Below, piece after piece: positions 60,939-64,000 of a stretch of DNA of 64,000 nt. A program made the position numbers and the translations under genes. The notes beneath the pieces are model-generated. The model was not told where the DNA came from. It saw only the letters and a list, made by a program, of their open reading frames with translations, and made no database searches. Positions within the stretch are counted from its first letter, which is position 1; each line of letters opens with the position of its first letter. Origin of the DNA: Wickerhamiella versatilis (lineage: Eukaryota); contig JAQOWU010000008.1 of NCBI GenBank assembly GCA_030867685.1, forward strand, positions 3,844,001 through 3,908,000, read 5' to 3'.

Positions 60939-61811
60939 ATGTCCGGTCTACCAAGTGATGATCAATCTCCATACGTTCTAGAAACAAGTGATCATGAAAG
61001 TGAGCAGTCAGTCGAAGACCAGAGTGCTGTGGAAGTGGAAGGAATCGACACTGGGCGTATATCTCGTGATGCGGCCTTGAGGTCTTTCGTCACTGCGCCA
61101 GAATTAGCCCAAGGTCGAAATTTAGAGGCTCGAATTGCTAGAATATCTGCTGAAATTGAAGAATTGCGTGAAGAATCTGGTGATCCTAGGGTCTATGATC
61201 TACTATCTTCCCTGAGGAAATTACAGACAGAAAAGCTCGGACAGCCTTTTGTACCACCATCTTCGTTGCAAGAGACAGACACTTTTCAGCAACCGCTTTA
61301 TAAATTCAACGAAGATAATACCACTTTTGTGAAGAGCCTAAGTGCTTTTGCTGATTTGGAGAAACGGGTTGCAGCTGTCGAATCTCGTGTGGGATTTTCC
61401 GAAAGACCTGAGCCAATTGCTGTGGTATTGAGGGATCTTCGTCGTAAACTTAATATAATTTCTGCATCTCCAGAAGAAATAGAGCTACAGAAGGCCAGAC
61501 TGCAGCAAATTGCCAATAGGTCGGTGAACAGTGACAAGTATACGAAACTATATGACCGTCTACAAGCACTAAATCCGATTATTGACCAGTTACCGCATAT
61601 CATATCTCGTTTGCAAACCTTAAATACTGTGCATTCAGAGGCAGCACGGGTATCTCAAGTAGTAGGATCTCTGGATACCACACTTGCGGCTATGGCCACA
61701 GATATAACTCAATGGAAAGAAACGCTCCAAAGGTTGGAAGTAGAGCTTCAGGAAGCCATAAAGGTTAGTAATTCTAACATAGAAGCTATGGATCGATATA
61801 AACTAGACTAG
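60939..61811 (+). CDS. Dynactin p50/dynamitin subunit (Jnm1/DCTN2-like)
   Basis: GLP..D....V.ETSD N-terminus, ARI.R...EIEEL, LEKRVA.VE..VG, LP.II.RL.TL..VH..AA. Confidence 0.8.
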   Translation: MSGLPSDDQSPYVLETSDHESEQSVEDQSAVEVEGIDTGRISRDAALRSFVTAPELAQGRNLEARIARISAEIEELREESGDPRVYDLLSSLRKLQTEKLGQPFVPPSSLQETDTFQQPLYKFNEDNTTFVKSLSAFADLEKRVAAVESRVGFSERPEPIAVVLRDLRRKLNIISASPEEIELQKARLQQIANRSVNSDKYTKLYDRLQALNPIIDQLPHIISRLQTLNTVHSEAARVSQVVGSLDTTLAAMATDITQWKETLQRLEVELQEAIKVSNSNIEAMDRYKLD

Positions 61812-61844
61812 ATAAAATTCAGCTTACACACACAAAACCCATAG

Positions 61845-64000
61845 ATGGAGAAATTCCTCCGAGAGTTGGAGAGCCGACTCCCGCCTTCGAAGACTTTGGA
61901 GGTAGCTGATATAAAAATTAATGATGATCCGGTTGAATATGAATCAGAACCTTCGGATATATCGTCTGATTTCGATGACGAGTCTGAAACTAACGAGAAT
62001 GAAGAGGGATGGCTTCTTGAGCAGTGCCAAAATATGGAAACACCAGAATTGGATGCCCAGCAATTGTACACGATAATAATAAACCTTATATCTGGTGACT
62101 CTGGCATGGAAGAACTGCAATCGTTGTTGGTTGACATAGTTGGATTCGACAAACTGGAATTTGTGGCAGAGTTACTGAGCCGACGTTCCAACCTGAAAGA
62201 ATGCAGCACCAACTCAAGTATAGGACTTTCACGGCGGAGCCGTGAAGTTCAAATCCGAGATAATCAGCATGCAGCTGCAATTCGGAATGCAACTTTACCA
62301 CAGCACGTCGCAGATCCTCACTATCCTCATGTGTATCGAAAACATGCAGCAGGAAATACAATTAGCTTTAATGGAATGAAATATGCCCTTCCAGTTGGTA
62401 CTGAGCGAGAATCTTTCGAAAATTTCGAAGAGGTTCGGATACCTGCTCCCAGTCCGGACACAAGCTATCATCCAAAACAACTTGTTCCAATAGCTGATCT
62501 TGATGACCTATTTCAAGTGACATTTTCACGTTATTCACATCTCAACAAGGTCCAATCACTGGTTTATCCGATTGGATATGGCACAAATGAAAATATGTTG
62601 ATATGTGCACCAACTGGTGCCGGAAAGACCGATGTTGCCTTGATAACAATTTTGAATACAATAAGGCAACATAGTATACAGGAGGAGGATGGCAGCTGGA
62701 CTGTCGATAGAGATGATTTCAAGATTGTTTATGTGGCTCCACTTAAGGCTCTTGCAGCTGAAATAGTAGAGAAAATGGCTTCAAGACTATCTTGGCTGCG
62801 TATTCGTGTACGTGAGTTGACTGGTGATATGCAGCTTACCCGAGCAGAAATAGCTGAAACACAGATAATAGTGACCACACCGGAAAAATGGGATGTTGTA
62901 ACGCGTAAATCAACTGATGACAATGGCTTAGCTACAATGGTAAAACTTCTTATCATTGATGAGGTACATTTGCTTCACGAAGACCGTGGAGCTGTCATTG
63001 AAAGTCTTGTGGCTAGGACACTAAGACAAGTTGAATCGCAACAGTCGATGATTCGCATAATTGGCTTATCTGCAACTTTGCCGAATTTCGTGGATGTCTC
63101 TGAATTCCTTAACGTTAATCCTCAAAAAGGGCTGTTTTATTTCGATTCTAGTTTCCGCCCTGTACCCTTGGAACAGATCTATGTTGGCGTAAAAGGAAAG
63201 GCAGGGTCTCGAGAAGCAGTAGCAAATACAGACGAATCCGCATTCAGACATCTAGTTGAGCAGTTAAGACAAGACCGCCAAGTTATGGTATTTGTACATT
63301 CACGCAAGGAAACTGTGAAAAGTGCGCGAACTTTTATGAGAAAGGCACAAGAAGAAGCGTTGACGGAGCTATTTGATTCTCCCCAGAAGGAGAATTGGCA
63401 GCGAGAACTATCAACGAATAAGAATAAAGACATGCAAGAATTGTTTCAATTTGGGTTTGGTGTGCACCATGCTGGTATGAGCCGTTCGGAGAGGAACTTA
63501 ACTGAAAAACTTTTCAGCACTGGTGCAGTGAAAGTGCTTTGCTGTACTGCTACTCTCGCTTGGGGTGTAAATCTTCCAGCTGCTTGCGTTATTATCAAGG
63601 GTACTCAAGTTTACGATGCGAAACATGGTGGTTTTGTAGATCTTGGTATTTCCGACGTGATACAAATATTTGGGCGTGCTGGGCGTCCTCAATTTGAGAA
63701 ATTCGGTACGGGTATACTTGTGACGTCCAGTGATCGCCTCGATCATTACCTAGGTGCTGTAACTCATCAATATCCAATCGAAAGTAGATTGCAAGCAAGA
63801 TTGGCAGACACTTTAAATGCCGAAATTGCCCTAGGTACTGTCGCCAACATTGATGAGGGCGTCCAGTGGCTTGGTTATACATACCTTCATGTTCGAACGA
63901 GACATGCCCCACAGACATATGGACTTTTACCACGAGACATTGAAGAAGATACGACTTTAGTTTTGCACCGTCAAAAGCTTATCCGAGATGCCGCAAGACG
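61845..64000 (+). CDS. SLH1: Ski2-like helicase of the RQT complex (Slh1/ASCC3); runs off the window end
   Basis: Not in the ORF track because it has no stop in the window. My translation gives APTGAGKTDVA, YVAPLKALAAEIV, DEVHLLHEDRG, SMIRIIGLSATLPN, TATLAWGVNLPA, QIFGRAGRPQF. GKTD and SMIRIIG favour Slh1 over Brr2. Confidence 0.88.
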   Translation, partial: MEKFLRELESRLPPSKTLEVADIKINDDPVEYESEPSDISSDFDDESETNENEEGWLLEQCQNMETPELDAQQLYTIIINLISGDSGMEELQSLLVDIVGFDKLEFVAELLSRRSNLKECSTNSSIGLSRRSREVQIRDNQHAAAIRNATLPQHVADPHYPHVYRKHAAGNTISFNGMKYALPVGTERESFENFEEVRIPAPSPDTSYHPKQLVPIADLDDLFQVTFSRYSHLNKVQSLVYPIGYGTNENMLICAPTGAGKTDVALITILNTIRQHSIQEEDGSWTVDRDDFKIVYVAPLKALAAEIVEKMASRLSWLRIRVRELTGDMQLTRAEIAETQIIVTTPEKWDVVTRKSTDDNGLATMVKLLIIDEVHLLHEDRGAVIESLVARTLRQVESQQSMIRIIGLSATLPNFVDVSEFLNVNPQKGLFYFDSSFRPVPLEQIYVGVKGKAGSREAVANTDESAFRHLVEQLRQDRQVMVFVHSRKETVKSARTFMRKAQEEALTELFDSPQKENWQRELSTNKNKDMQELFQFGFGVHHAGMSRSERNLTEKLFSTGAVKVLCCTATLAWGVNLPAACVIIKGTQVYDAKHGGFVDLGISDVIQIFGRAGRPQFEKFGTGILVTSSDRLDHYLGAVTHQYPIESRLQARLADTLNAEIALGTVANIDEGVQWLGYTYLHVRTRHAPQTYGLLPRDIEEDTTLVLHRQKLIRDAAR

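Overview
This is a very compact fungal (Saccharomycotina yeast) chromosome segment. It holds about 45 protein-coding genes in 64 kb, with uninterrupted ORFs, shortened proteins and intergenic gaps often under 100 nt. The style suggests a streamlined lineage such as the Wickerhamiella/Starmerella clade (inference only). Most genes are conserved housekeeping genes: UBP6, SEC11, ARC19, PRP40-like, DAL81-like, TYW3, MED4, CTR9, OXA1, KIP3, MIG1, MYG1, UBP3, SPT16, YIP4, PRI2, SAK1-like, SUB1, VFA1, SRP102, TFG1, SSA-type HSP70, YPT1, SRP101, YTA7, HER2, dynamitin and a truncated SLH1. Secreted or cell-wall genes include two aspartic proteases, a GPI wall protein, a CAP/PRY protein and a GT31 glycosyltransferase. 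I found no tRNA, rRNA, transposon, CRISPR array or clearly bacterial operon. The most striking unexplained signal is non-coding: an AP-1/bZIP-like heptamer T[TG]A[CG]T[AC]A lies 4-51 nt upstream of the start codon of about a quarter of the genes. One copy sits between HER2 and the dynamitin gene, which are head-to-head with only 2-17 nt between plausible ATGs. Other points of interest are candidate very short leader introns, a Rad51-paralog gene near a SWIM/Shu gene, an N-terminally extended Apc11/Rbx1-like RING protein and a cysteine-free secreted aspartic protease. All calls come from reading motifs by eye; no database search was run.
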